DNA of 64,000 nt from Clostridiales bacterium (GTDB taxonomy: Bacteria; Bacillota; Clostridia; Saccharofermentanales; DTU023): positions 11,164 to 75,163 of the forward strand of contig JAQYCV010000014.1 of the NCBI GenBank assembly GCA_028724525.1. Direction: 5' to 3'. The translations under genes were made by a program, and so were the position numbers. Shown one piece after another: positions 1 to 9,282 of this stretch; within the stretch, counting starts at the first letter, position 1; each line of letters starts with the position of its first letter. The notes beneath the pieces were generated by a model. The model saw nothing but the letters and a program-made list of their open reading frames with translations, did no database searches and was not told where the DNA came from.

Positions 1-571
1 AGAATTCCAGGAAATGCGTGCCCGACTTGCAGATGGTGGTCTGGGGCCAGAGGTATCTGGCGCCTAGTAGAGTTTCTTCAAAGTCCTCGATGCGGTCGGG
101 GTCATCATACCAAAAGATCTTGCTCAGGCCCTGGTCAATAATGTGATCAAAGTCTGCAGGCTTGTCCAGCACAATGGCAGATACGTTAGAGAAAGTCTCG
201 TATTCCGCCACCCGGTCGTTATAAACATTGGTGTAGAGCTGGTGCTTGGACCAGAGGCACATGGTCGTTTCCCAATCCAAGCCACGGGCCACAAGGGCTT
301 TGGCGTCTTTGTTGTCCATGAGATCCTGGCTAAAGATTTGGCCGGTCTGAATATCTGCCACCATAGCGCCGTTGTAGCTGATGGCCAGGCCTTGGACACC
401 GAGCTGGGGCTGGTACTTCTTGATACCTTGGAAGGCACGACCACTGGCCAAAACTACCACTACGCCAGCCTCTTGCAGCTTTTGGATGGCGGCGATATTC
501 TCTGGTGATATTTTCTTTTGATCATCTAAAAGTGTTCCATCTAAATCTATAGCGACTAATTTATATTTCAT
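1..571 (-). CDS. Cof-type HAD-IIB family hydrolase (partial; C-terminal end lies beyond window start)
   Basis: Own translation of the minus strand from ATG at 571-569: MKYKLVAIDLDGTLLDDQKKISPENIAAIQKLQEAGVVVVLASGRAF... It has the DxDGT nucleophile motif and SGR motif of Cof/YidA-like phosphatases. I checked the frame is stop-free down to position 2, which explains its absence from the ORF track. Confidence 0.75.
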   Translation of the reverse strand, partial: MKYKLVAIDLDGTLLDDQKKISPENIAAIQKLQEAGVVVVLASGRAFQGIKKYQPQLGVQGLAISYNGAMVADIQTGQIFSQDLMDNKDAKALVARGLDWETTMCLWSKHQLYTNVYNDRVAEYETFSNVSAIVLDKPADFDHIIDQGLSKIFWYDDPDRIEDFEETLLGARYLWPQTTICKSGTHFLEF

Positions 572-726
572 CTAGGGCATTTCTCCTACTTTCTTGACCA
601 AGTTCCTTGGCTAAATGCTATTGCCCACTTGGCCGTTTACTTTTGCCTGTCTTATTCTTGACAATTTCTTATCTCATTCTCATCTAGATCATAAACAACG
701 CTCTTAATGCTAGCAAAATTTCTTGG

Positions 727-1169
727 CCTGTGGTGGCAAAAATCAAAAACAGCAATTAGCCGCTAATGGGTGAGCCAAGCGAAAATATTATATTGACGGC
801 AAATTGCTAAAAAGGATAATTACCCGCCAACGGCAGATCGGGCGGCTGAAAAAGCATTGGAGGCAAATTAGCAAAAGCATCACTTTGTCCCCAATAGGTG
901 AGAGGAGCGAAAAAAATATATTGGCGGCTAATTGTTGAAAAGGGCAATTACCCGCCAACGGCGGATCAGCCGGCAGAAAAAGTATTGGTGGCAAACTCGC
1001 CAAAGCCTCACTTCGCCGCCAATGGCTGAGCCAAGCGGAAAAAATAAATTGGCGGCAATTTGACCAAAAGGGTTTTACCCGCCAATGGTGGATCAGTCAG
1101 CATAAAAAGCATTAGCGGCAAATCAGCAAAGCGCCATTTTGCTGCCAATGGCCTGGAGAAACAAAATTC
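727..1169. repeat. Intergenic tandem repeat, ~128-bp unit, about 3.5 copies (units start near 792, 920, 1048; half unit 727-791)
   Basis: Aligned by eye. The string ATTGGCGGCAAnTTG..AAAAGGG..TTACCCGCCAAyGG..GATCAG....AAAAAGyATTGGnGGCAAA...GCnAAAGC.TCAC.T.GCCGCCAATGGCTGAGCCAAGCGnAAAAA recurs with most positions conserved (identity not computed). Each unit contains two TTGGCGG...CCGCCAA inverted pairs. The repeat lies between the galM stop (1170) and the HAD gene start (571). Confidence 0.85.
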
Positions 1170-2483
1170 TTAAAAGGCAAAAGAAAAGCGGTAGACGGTT
1201 TCTTGTTGATAAATTTGGCCGGGTTCCAGCCTGATAGAAGGGAAGTCAGGCAAATTGGCGGCATTGGGCCAGGCCTGGCATTCCAGGCAAACCGCTGAGT
1301 GAGGCGGATAGGGTGTGGGCTGGCCATCTTTGCCGGGCTTGCCCAGGGTATCCAGGTAGTTGGCTGTATACACCTGCAGGCCGGGGAAGGTGGTCAGCAC
1401 CTCCATGCGGAGGTCGTCACAAGCCAGGCAGGCGACTTTTTGCAAAGGGTGGTGGGCCTCCTGGCTCAGGATATAGTTATGGTCCAAACCGCGAGTCACT
1501 GTGAGATGGGGGTCTGGCTGATCTACCAGGTAGAGCCGGGTGCCAGTGGGGGAGGGCTGGCCAGGTTTGCTCTCCAGCCCGGGCTGATCAAGCACTGTGG
1601 GACTTTCGCTGGCAACTTGCCCTAGGCCATGTCTGAGGAGTTGGCCCAGGTCTTTGCCCTGGCGGAGGTCTAAGACTGTGCCTTCTAGGGGGCAAATGTC
1701 TCCTGTGGCAATGAGGTCATCCGTAAAATCGGTATAGGCGTCAGCCGTCACTTGTAGGCTTTGCCCTAGGAGATCCCCCTGATCGTGGCCTTGCAAGTTA
1801 AAGTAGGCGTGCTGAGTCAGGCTGCAGACGGTGGGGGCAGAGCAAGTGGCCTGGTAGCTGATGCGAAGGTCTAAGCAAGATCCAGAAGTAGTCGGATCGT
1901 CCTTGCTTGGAACGGAGCAAGCTTCCCCTGCTGGGGTTCCTGTCAGGACTGGCTTCTCTAGGCTATAGGTGACAAAGACTTCTAAATCCCCTGGGAAGCC
2001 GGCATCGCCGTCTGGAGAAAGCAGGCGGAAAGTCAGCCAATTGCGCGTTGCATCTTGGCCTTCCTCAGCTAATGCCCAGATCTCCCGATGAAAGCCGGGC
2101 TCTCCCCCGTGCAAGCAGGTGGTTCCGGCATTGGCGGAGAGGGGATAGACCTGGCCGTCGATTTTTACCAGGGGATAACCCTCAGGGCCGACAGGAATCC
2201 TGCCTGCTACCCGGCCGATGAGACCGCCGAGATTGCCTTCTTGGACCAGATAGTCTTCTGGTTTGGCAAAACCCAGGATGACATCCCTTTTTCCAGAGGC
2301 CAGGGGGAGGGTCAAGCCCATAATCGTAGCGCCAAGATTGCTGAGATGGAGTTCCGCACAGTCTGGACCGTCCGTAGAGCATACAGAGCCTTGGTCGGGG
2401 CAGTCGCCAAAAGTTTGCGTGAGGAAATATTCCTGGATGGAAGGGAGTTCTGCTGGGTGAAGTTTGTTCCTTGTATTTTGCAT
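1170..2483 (-). CDS. galM: Aldose 1-epimerase (galactose mutarotase), unusually long
   Basis: 437-aa ORF with mutarotase-type motifs as I remember them: HGGEPGFHREIW, TQHAYFNL, GLDHNYIL, LQVYTANY, AVCLECQAWPNA. It is longer than the usual ~350 aa because of several insertions. It is the last gene of the minus-strand mglBAC-galK-galM string. Confidence 0.8.
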   Translation of the reverse strand: MQNTRNKLHPAELPSIQEYFLTQTFGDCPDQGSVCSTDGPDCAELHLSNLGATIMGLTLPLASGKRDVILGFAKPEDYLVQEGNLGGLIGRVAGRIPVGPEGYPLVKIDGQVYPLSANAGTTCLHGGEPGFHREIWALAEEGQDATRNWLTFRLLSPDGDAGFPGDLEVFVTYSLEKPVLTGTPAGEACSVPSKDDPTTSGSCLDLRISYQATCSAPTVCSLTQHAYFNLQGHDQGDLLGQSLQVTADAYTDFTDDLIATGDICPLEGTVLDLRQGKDLGQLLRHGLGQVASESPTVLDQPGLESKPGQPSPTGTRLYLVDQPDPHLTVTRGLDHNYILSQEAHHPLQKVACLACDDLRMEVLTTFPGLQVYTANYLDTLGKPGKDGQPTPYPPHSAVCLECQAWPNAANLPDFPSIRLEPGQIYQQETVYRFSFAF

Positions 2484-2535
2484 CAGTCTACCTATGAGAT
2501 TTATTCTATCTAAAAGATTCTATCGAGATTCTATT

Positions 2536-3969
2536 TTACAAATTGGCGGGGTCCAAGCAGACTGCTCCCAGGTCACGAATAGCCAGGGCATGGCAGGATC
2601 CTGCCCCGAAGACGGCTTCCATCCCTTGCTTAAAGTCAGGGTAGAGGTCAATAGGGACTAGGGCTTGGATGGTACCGCCGAAGCCGCCGCCATGGACCCG
2701 ACAGGCCCCTCTGCCTGCCAGATAATGCTCTGCTAAAGCTAGGGCCAAGCCCATATCTTGCGCTTGGACTGCGCCAGTCCGATAGATATTTTGCAGATAC
2801 ATATAGGAGGACTGGCCGGAGGCTTGTACGAGGGCTAGATAGTGGTCGATATCATCTTGATCTAAGGCGGCTTTAGCCTCATCAACCCTCTGGCACTCGG
2901 CATAGTAGTGGAGGGCCCGGAGTAAGGCCCGGTCAGGGATCTGCTTATGGAGGCGGGGGAGGGCAGCATAAAAATCTGCGGCTGCTACTTGGCTTAAGAC
3001 CTCCTGGCCCAGAGCCTGGGCGACTTGGCCCATTTCCTCTGTGATCCCGGCATACTCGCCCGAGAGATTGGCATGGTCGGATTTGGAGTCGATGAGGACT
3101 AATTGGAAACCCGCTTGGGCTAGGGGCAGGGCATGCTTTTCTACCTGGGGTAGGGGACCTGCAAAGTCCACATAGACTGCTCCTCCTTCGGCAGAGGCTA
3201 ACTGGTCCATGAGGCCAGAGGGTTTGCCAAAATAGATATTTTCGGCATATTGGCCGATCCGGGCCAGGTCTACGGGGCCCAGGTCTGGCCAGCCCCAGAG
3301 GGTGGCCATGATCTTGGCGAGGCAGACCTCAAAGGCGGCGGATGAGGATATGCCTGAGCCCGTTTTAACCTGAGATTCCGTCGCGATATCCAGGCTTTGA
3401 ATGTGCAAAGTGGGGCAGGGGCAGTCGGCTCCTGCTTCCGGCCCGTACTCCCAGGGATTTTGCTTTTGTCCTCCATGAATGAGGCCTTTTAAATTGCCCT
3501 CCCAGGCCAGCTTGGCTAGGCCGGCGGCTACCCCGCGCACCAGACCGCGGGAGTTGCTCTTTTCCTTGTCCCGGGGTTGGAGGTATTTGAGCCTAATTTC
3601 ATTCAGAGGCCAACCATGGGAGGCCAGACGAATCATAGGCTTAGGGGCACCTGGGTTAAAACCCGCCACGGCCAGGATGTCCCGGTTTACCGCGGCTGCC
3701 AGAATCTTGCCCCCCTGGTGGTCGGTATGGTTGCCCATGAGTTCGGTCCGGCCAGGCGCAGAGAAGATGGCTACCTGCCGCTGACCGGTGGAGTCAAATT
3801 CCTTCCGGTAGGTGGCCAGCAGACGGCTGAGCCTTTGGCGGGCCGCTTGCATATCCTGGCTGGGGTCCAGACAGGCCAGATCCCGGAGGACAGGATCTAG
3901 CTGACCTTGGGCCAGTTTAGTTTCCCAGCTTTCTATACTTAATAAGGGTAGACAGGTCTTGGGCGTCAT
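2536..3969 (-). CDS. galK: Galactokinase
   Basis: Galactokinase/GHMP motifs GRTELMGNHTDHQGG and GSGISSSAAFE. Start moved to the ATG at 3969-3967, with GGAGG (3977-3981 on the plus strand as CCTCC) 7 nt upstream. The track start at 3987 is a GTG that lies upstream of this RBS, so it has no Shine-Dalgarno of its own. Confidence 0.85.
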   Translation of the reverse strand: MTPKTCLPLLSIESWETKLAQGQLDPVLRDLACLDPSQDMQAARQRLSRLLATYRKEFDSTGQRQVAIFSAPGRTELMGNHTDHQGGKILAAAVNRDILAVAGFNPGAPKPMIRLASHGWPLNEIRLKYLQPRDKEKSNSRGLVRGVAAGLAKLAWEGNLKGLIHGGQKQNPWEYGPEAGADCPCPTLHIQSLDIATESQVKTGSGISSSAAFEVCLAKIMATLWGWPDLGPVDLARIGQYAENIYFGKPSGLMDQLASAEGGAVYVDFAGPLPQVEKHALPLAQAGFQLVLIDSKSDHANLSGEYAGITEEMGQVAQALGQEVLSQVAAADFYAALPRLHKQIPDRALLRALHYYAECQRVDEAKAALDQDDIDHYLALVQASGQSSYMYLQNIYRTGAVQAQDMGLALALAEHYLAGRGACRVHGGGFGGTIQALVPIDLYPDFKQGMEAVFGAGSCHALAIRDLGAVCLDPANL

Positions 3970-4090
3970 AGGCGAACCTCCGTACACTTTTTCAATACTT
4001 TCTTAGGCACATTATAAAAGATGGCGATCCTACTTGGCCAAGTCAGGATCGCCATCCTTGTGCTTACGCTTGCAAGATGCAGTGCGTTCT

Positions 4091-5143
4091 TTAGCGTTTC
4101 ACTAAATATTTCCGCATATCCAGGGCGCAGGCAATTAAGATGATGCCGCCCTTGATGGCGTATTGGAGTTGCTGGTCCATGCCCACCATAGGCAGGGCTA
4201 CGAAGATCAAACGCAGGAGGAGAACCCCAATGATAACGCCGGAGATCTTACCAATACCACCGACAAAGGAGACCCCGCCGATAACGCAGGCCGCGATGGC
4301 ATCTAGCTCATAGTTGAAGCCTGTGTTGGGGGTGTTGGAGGCGATACGGGCGGCTTCGATAAAGCCGGTGTAGCCGTACATGGCACCTGCCAGGGCGAAT
4401 ACAGCCACTGTGGTAAGGCCAACATTGATACCAGAAACCCGGGCGGCTTCTTCATTAGAGCCCAGGGCAAACATATTTTTACCGAAGACGGTCTTGTTCC
4501 AGATAAACCACATGAGGGCAGCCAGGATGATGGAGTACCAGACATAGTTGGGAATTCCGATCCCCTTGCCAATGGGGAGCTTTACCAAAGAGCCCGCAAC
4601 AAATTCCCGATAACCGTTGTCCAAGCCAGAGATAGACTGGCCGCGGGATTCCCCCATTTGGACATAGCGGAGGAGGACGGTATAGAGGATCAGCTGGGTG
4701 GCTAGGGTCACGATGAAGGGGTGAAGCTTAAATTTAGCGACCCAGAAGCCGTTAAAGACACCAATAGCTGCGCCAATCAGGACGGAAATCAGTAAAACCA
4801 GCCAGATGGGCAGGGGCTTCAGATTAGGCCACATTTTCCCGGGGGCATCGACGGCCTGGAGGAGGGACGCTGCCACACAGGCGGTGAGGCCTACGGCCCG
4901 GCCAGCGGACAAGTCCGTACCGGTGAGGACAATACAACCCGCAATCCCCAGGGCTACCGGCAAATAGGCAGCGGTTAAGGAGAGCAGATTGACCAGGGAT
5001 GCAGGCTGGAGGAAGTTGCGGTTGGTGACAGCCACGTACACTACCAAGATCAACATGATGATGATCAAGGCGTTGTTAATGAGCAAGTTCACAATCCGCT
5101 TGCTATCAAAAGACTGTTTCTTTAGATCGGTTGAAGAATTCAT
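4091..5143 (-). CDS. mglC: Sugar (galactose/methyl-galactoside type) ABC transporter permease
   Basis: 350-aa polytopic membrane protein of the RbsC/AraH/MglC permease type, 10 nt downstream of the MglA-like ATPase gene. Confidence 0.8.
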   Translation of the reverse strand: MNSSTDLKKQSFDSKRIVNLLINNALIIIMLILVVYVAVTNRNFLQPASLVNLLSLTAAYLPVALGIAGCIVLTGTDLSAGRAVGLTACVAASLLQAVDAPGKMWPNLKPLPIWLVLLISVLIGAAIGVFNGFWVAKFKLHPFIVTLATQLILYTVLLRYVQMGESRGQSISGLDNGYREFVAGSLVKLPIGKGIGIPNYVWYSIILAALMWFIWNKTVFGKNMFALGSNEEAARVSGINVGLTTVAVFALAGAMYGYTGFIEAARIASNTPNTGFNYELDAIAACVIGGVSFVGGIGKISGVIIGVLLLRLIFVALPMVGMDQQLQYAIKGGIILIACALDMRKYLVKR

Positions 5144-5153
5144 ACGTGTCTCC

Positions 5154-6656
5154 CTATATATACTTTTCAGCTAAGGTCAGGATTTCTTCCTGGCTGGTAC
5201 TAGCGGCATCTACTTCTCCCGCCACATGGCCATTGGACATGACGAGAATCCGGTCGCAAATGCCCAAAAGTTCAGGCATTTCAGAGGAAACGACCACGAC
5301 AGCCTTGCCCTCCTCGGCTAGATTGATAATCAATTGGTAAATTTCGTATTTGGCACCAACATCAATGCCCCGGGTTGGCTCATCAAGGAGAAGAACCTCA
5401 GGTTCTGTGAGTAGCCAGCGGCCTAAAAGGACTTTCTGCTGGTTACCACCCGAAAGAGACCGGATGGCGGTCGCCCGGCTGGGGGTCTTGATACGGAGAG
5501 CTTCAATAGACTTGTCCGTATCCCTTTGCATAGCCTTGTTGTCTAGATAGAGGCCGTGCTGCAAATAGCTTGAGGTGTTGGCAATAATCGTATTATCGGT
5601 AATATCGCGAATGGCGAAAATACCTGTGGCCCGTCTTTCTTCTGTTAGAAGAGCGAAGCCATTTTTGACGGCTTCCTGGGGCGTGCGGTTTTCAATTTCC
5701 TGACCGTGCAGGCGGAGACTGCCTCCGCTCCGGGTCATGACCCCAAAGAGGGTTTCCAGCACTTCTGTGCGGCCGGATCCATCGAGACCAGCAACCCCAA
5801 GAATTTCTCCCTTGCGGAGGTCAAAAGACACATCTTCTAGGAGATTATATTCGCCGGACATGCCTTTTACTTCTAAGGCCACTTCGCCCGGCTTGTTGGT
5901 TTTGGCAGGGAAGCGGTTAGTGAGTTCCCGCCCCACCATGAGTTTAATGATTTCACCCACATCGGTTTGGCCGACGGGCTTAGTATCGACCCATTTGCCG
6001 TCCCGCATCACGGTAATTTCATCGGCGATACGGAAGATCTCATCCATCTTATGAGAAATATAGATGATGCCGCAGCCTTGGGCTTTGAGCTCATTAATAA
6101 TGCGGAAGAGATGGTCAACCTCGTGCTCGGTGAGAGAGGAGGTGGGTTCGTCAAAAACAATGAGTTTGGCATTATAAGAAACAGCCTTGGCAATTTCGGC
6201 CATCTGGCGCTGGGAAACAGGCAGGCTCGACATAATCTGCTTGGGATTAATATGGACCCCTAGATTCTTAAATAGAGTCTTGGTTTCCTGGGCCATCTTG
6301 CCTTCATTGACCATGAGGCCAGCCAGGGTGGGATAACGTCCCAACCAGAGATTGTCCTGGACCGACCGGGTCAAGGCCTGGTTCAGCTCCTGGTGGACCA
6401 TGGCCACACCATGTTCCATGGCTTCCTTAGGATTTTGGAAGTGTACTTCCTGACCCTCCAGAAGGATGGTCCCTTCATCAGCATGGTAGATACCGAAGAG
6501 GCACTTCATCAGGGTTGATTTGCCAGCCCCATTTTCACCCATCAGGGCATGGACCGTACCGGGGTAGACTGTTAGATCAACCTTATCTAAGGCTTGGACG
6601 CCAGGAAAAGCCTTGGAAAGTCCTTGGATCTCTAAGAGCGGCGTACTTGGCATCAC
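5154..6656 (-). CDS. mglA: Sugar ABC transporter ATP-binding protein (duplicated ABC cassette, MglA type)
   Basis: 500 aa with two Walker A sites ([17 protein letters not shown]), two signature regions ([16 protein letters not shown]) and two Walker B sites ([16 protein letters not shown]). The N-terminus [18 protein letters not shown] is typical of MglA/RbsA-type importers. Confidence 0.85.
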   Translation of the reverse strand: MMPSTPLLEIQGLSKAFPGVQALDKVDLTVYPGTVHALMGENGAGKSTLMKCLFGIYHADEGTILLEGQEVHFQNPKEAMEHGVAMVHQELNQALTRSVQDNLWLGRYPTLAGLMVNEGKMAQETKTLFKNLGVHINPKQIMSSLPVSQRQMAEIAKAVSYNAKLIVFDEPTSSLTEHEVDHLFRIINELKAQGCGIIYISHKMDEIFRIADEITVMRDGKWVDTKPVGQTDVGEIIKLMVGRELTNRFPAKTNKPGEVALEVKGMSGEYNLLEDVSFDLRKGEILGVAGLDGSGRTEVLETLFGVMTRSGGSLRLHGQEIENRTPQEAVKNGFALLTEERRATGIFAIRDITDNTIIANTSSYLQHGLYLDNKAMQRDTDKSIEALRIKTPSRATAIRSLSGGNQQKVLLGRWLLTEPEVLLLDEPTRGIDVGAKYEIYQLIINLAEEGKAVVVVSSEMPELLGICDRILVMSNGHVAGEVDAASTSQEEILTLAEKYI

Positions 6657-6730
6657 ACATCTCCTCTCTTTTGAAAAAAGGAGCAGGGCACCAGCCCTAC
6701 TCCTTTCATTGCTAGATCTAGCGCTAAAGC

Positions 6731-7999
6731 TTATTTGCTTTCAGCAGTCCACTTTTGGTAAGGAACACGAATCTTATCAACGTCTTTATCTACGTTGAGG
6801 TCTTCGGTACCAGCCATTAGGTCTTTGCCGTCTTTGATGTTCTGAACCAGCTGGGTAATGGTTGCGGCCATACCAACGTTGTCTTGCTTGACGGAACCAA
6901 CCATCTCACCGGCCTTGATCTTGCCTTGAGCGGTTTCCGTAGCGTCTACGCCAAAGATGGGGATATATTTGCCGTCTTCTTTGTTATAGCCAGCGTTTTG
7001 TAGGGCGGAGAGGGCACCGAGGGCCATCTCGTCGTTGTTGGCGATAACCAGCTCGACCATGTTCTTCTGATCTTCAGAGTAAGAACCCAGAATGGTGGAC
7101 ATGTAGTCGTTAGCGGCAGCAGCGGACCATTTGCCGTCCTTGTCTACTAAGAACTTGGAATCAGCATTTTCGTCATAGTAAGCCAGAGCTTCGAGCTTGT
7201 TGTCTTTGAGGATCTTGTCGGCGTCTTCCACGGCAAACTGAGTACGAGCCTCAGCTTCTGCGTTGCCTTCTTGGCCCTTGAACATGACGTAAGAAATCTT
7301 ACCGTCACCGTTGAGGTCTACATCTTTAAAGTTGGCAACCAGGTAATCACCGATCATTTCACCTTGCAGGTGACCAGCTTCAGGTGCATCGGTACCGACG
7401 AAAGCAGCCTTTTCATAGCCGTTGACAACATCGTTGGTGACTTCGCGGTTGAAGAAGATAACAGGAATTTCTGCTTCTTTCGCAGCGCTGGCGATTTCTT
7501 TAGCAGCATCTTCGGAAGAAGTCTCAACAACGTTGACGATTAAGAGGTTAGCGCCAGCAGCGATAGCGGACTTGATGGAGTCAGTCTGTGTGGGCTGAGA
7601 ACCAGCGGCGTCATAGTTCTTATATGTGACGCCCATTTTGTCCAGCATTTTGTCCATTTCAGCACGGACGGTGGCGATATAAGCATCAGCGAAGTCATAG
7701 TAGAAGACACCAATGTTGAGTTCGTCTGCAGGAGCAGCTTCTTCCTTCTTGTCCTCAGCTTTTTTCTCAGTTTCAGCCTCGGTTTTGTCTTCCTTGGGAG
7801 CTTCAGTTTTTTCTTCTTTAGCAGCCTCGGTCTTTTCTTCCTTAGCGGCTTCGGTCTTTTCTTCCTTAGCAGCCTCAGTCTTTTCTTCCTTAGCGGCTGC
7901 AGTGGTTGTTGCATTTTCCTTCTTGTCTGCACCTGAACCACAGGCAACGAGACCGAAAGACATGACCAATACCAGCATAAATGCTAATAGTTTTTTCAT
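6731..7999 (-). CDS. mglB: Galactose/glucose-binding lipoprotein (MglB-like, periplasmic-binding-protein type I) with repetitive acidic linker
   Basis: Lipoprotein signal [20 protein letters not shown]|GS, then a (KEEKTEAA)n linker, then a sugar-binding domain. It is the first gene of the minus-strand operon, with a GGAGG-like RBS (AGGAAAACAC before the ATG). Confidence 0.8.
   Translation of the reverse strand: MKKLLAFMLVLVMSFGLVACGSGADKKENATTTAAAKEEKTEAAKEEKTEAAKEEKTEAAKEEKTEAPKEDKTEAETEKKAEDKKEEAAPADELNIGVFYYDFADAYIATVRAEMDKMLDKMGVTYKNYDAAGSQPTQTDSIKSAIAAGANLLIVNVVETSSEDAAKEIASAAKEAEIPVIFFNREVTNDVVNGYEKAAFVGTDAPEAGHLQGEMIGDYLVANFKDVDLNGDGKISYVMFKGQEGNAEAEARTQFAVEDADKILKDNKLEALAYYDENADSKFLVDKDGKWSAAAANDYMSTILGSYSEDQKNMVELVIANNDEMALGALSALQNAGYNKEDGKYIPIFGVDATETAQGKIKAGEMVGSVKQDNVGMAATITQLVQNIKDGKDLMAGTEDLNVDKDVDKIRVPYQKWTAESK
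7773..7898. repeat. In-frame 24-bp tandem repeat inside the mglB linker (3 near-perfect and 2 diverged copies)
   Basis: The units GCAGCCTCGGTCTTTTCTTCCTTA (7821-7844), GCGGCTTCGGTCTTTTCTTCCTTA (7845-7868) and GCAGCCTCAGTCTTTTCTTCCTTA (7869-7892) are flanked by diverged copies at 7773-7820. They encode KEEKTEAA repeats on the minus strand. Confidence 0.85.
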
Positions 8000-8320
8000 G
8001 TGTTTTCCTCCAATTTAATTCTGCTCGTAACGTCTTGCAAAGGGCCGGGGGAAAAGCGACAATAGTCTTTGTAAGCTTAATTCTCAGGCTCTTTGCTGTC
8101 TGCAACCAGGCTGCTTGTGCTCCTGGTCATTAGACTGGACTCACTTTAATGCAAGCTAGAACTTGTGTCAAGAATGTGAGGGTAAAATCCGCTCTTGTTT
8201 GGGCATATATAACAGAAAAAGACCTGCTATCTCCCTTGGCTTAATATGCTAGAATATTTCTGCATTTATGGTATTTCTATAATGCGCAAAATATGAGCAT
8301 AAGGGGATCGATCCAGGCCT

Positions 8321-9253
8321 ATGGGAGACAAAATTAAACTCTATGGCTTTAATAACCTCACAAAGAGTTTAAGCTTTAATATTTATGATGTGTGTTATGC
8401 CCGTACCCTGCGCGAACAGCAGGATTACCTGGCTTATATTGATGAGCAGTATAACTCTGACCGTCTGACCAAGATCCTCTGCGATTTGACGGCCATGATA
8501 GGGGCCAATATTCTCAATATCAGCAAGCAGGACTTTGACCCCCAGGGGGCCTCGGTTAATATTCTGATCGCGGAGCAGTCTGTGCCGGATGCCTATATTG
8601 ATGAATCCTGTAACCACGGCCAGCCCTTTTTAGAAAATCTTTTAGCCAAGGGGACCGGCCCGGATGGGGCCTGCCCCAAAGCCCTGGGAGAGATTTTCCC
8701 GGAAACCGCTCTGGCTGAAGCTACTGCCCAGGCCGAGGCCCAAGACCAGGAAGTTGGCCAGCGGGATATTTTTGCCCATCTGGACAAAAGTCATGTGACG
8801 GTCCATACCTTTCCAGAGTCTCATCCCTCCCGGGCCATTTCGACTTTCCGGGTGGATATAGATGTGGCCACCTGTGGGGAGATTTCTCCCCTGACCGCCC
8901 TCAACTATCTGATTTCCAGCTTTGAGTCCGATATTATCACCATCGATTACCGGGTCCGCGGCTTTACCCGTGATACCTCTGGCCGCAAGTACTTCCAGGA
9001 CCAGCAGGTCCGGAGTATCCAGGACTTTATTAGCCCGGAAATCCTCCGTTGCTATGATGCGACCGATATTAATGTCTACCAGGCCAACCTCTTTCATTCC
9101 CGGCTCATGCTTAAAGAAGTTGATGTGCAAAACTACCTCTTTAAGCGGGATGCCTATGAAATAAAACCCCAAGAACGCCTGCAAATTTTAGAGGCTATCC
9201 AGCGGGAAATGATTGAGATTTACTCTGGCCATAATATTTACGATGCCTATTAG
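8321..9253 (+). CDS. speD: S-adenosylmethionine decarboxylase proenzyme (E. coli-type, pyruvoyl-dependent)
   Basis: N-terminus KIKLYGFNNLTKSLSFNIYDVCYA and the self-processing region AHLDKSHVTVHTFPESHP closely follow the E. coli SpeD sequence as I remember it. ITIDYRVRGFTRD also matches. Confidence 0.9.
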   Translation: MGDKIKLYGFNNLTKSLSFNIYDVCYARTLREQQDYLAYIDEQYNSDRLTKILCDLTAMIGANILNISKQDFDPQGASVNILIAEQSVPDAYIDESCNHGQPFLENLLAKGTGPDGACPKALGEIFPETALAEATAQAEAQDQEVGQRDIFAHLDKSHVTVHTFPESHPSRAISTFRVDIDVATCGEISPLTALNYLISSFESDIITIDYRVRGFTRDTSGRKYFQDQQVRSIQDFISPEILRCYDATDINVYQANLFHSRLMLKEVDVQNYLFKRDAYEIKPQERLQILEAIQREMIEIYSGHNIYDAY

Positions 9254-9282
9254 GAGAGCCTAAGGGCTGGTAAGGAAGAAGC

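Noticed and set aside
727-1169. Possible CRISPR array, from regularly spaced conserved words in non-coding DNA.
   Set aside because: The whole ~128-bp unit, including the would-be spacers, is repeated. Repeats are degenerate rather than exact. No cas genes are nearby. It is better described as a tandem satellite-like repeat.
788-1327. Track ORFs 788-1003 and 1112-1327 (minus strand, 71 aa each).
   Set aside because: They lie inside the tandem repeat, or overlap the galM 3' end. Their similar peptide sequences only mirror the DNA repeat. Neither has an RBS.
8642-9184. Long antisense or alternative-frame ORFs inside well-supported genes. Examples are 8642-9184, 10864-11577, 21724-22242, 29215-29715, 33694-34443, 46690-47226, 50147-51061 and 62482-63051.
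   Set aside because: Each is fully embedded opposite or out of frame to a gene with clear family motifs. Their translations are low-complexity or arginine/glycine-rich, as is typical of GC-rich antisense frames. None has an RBS.
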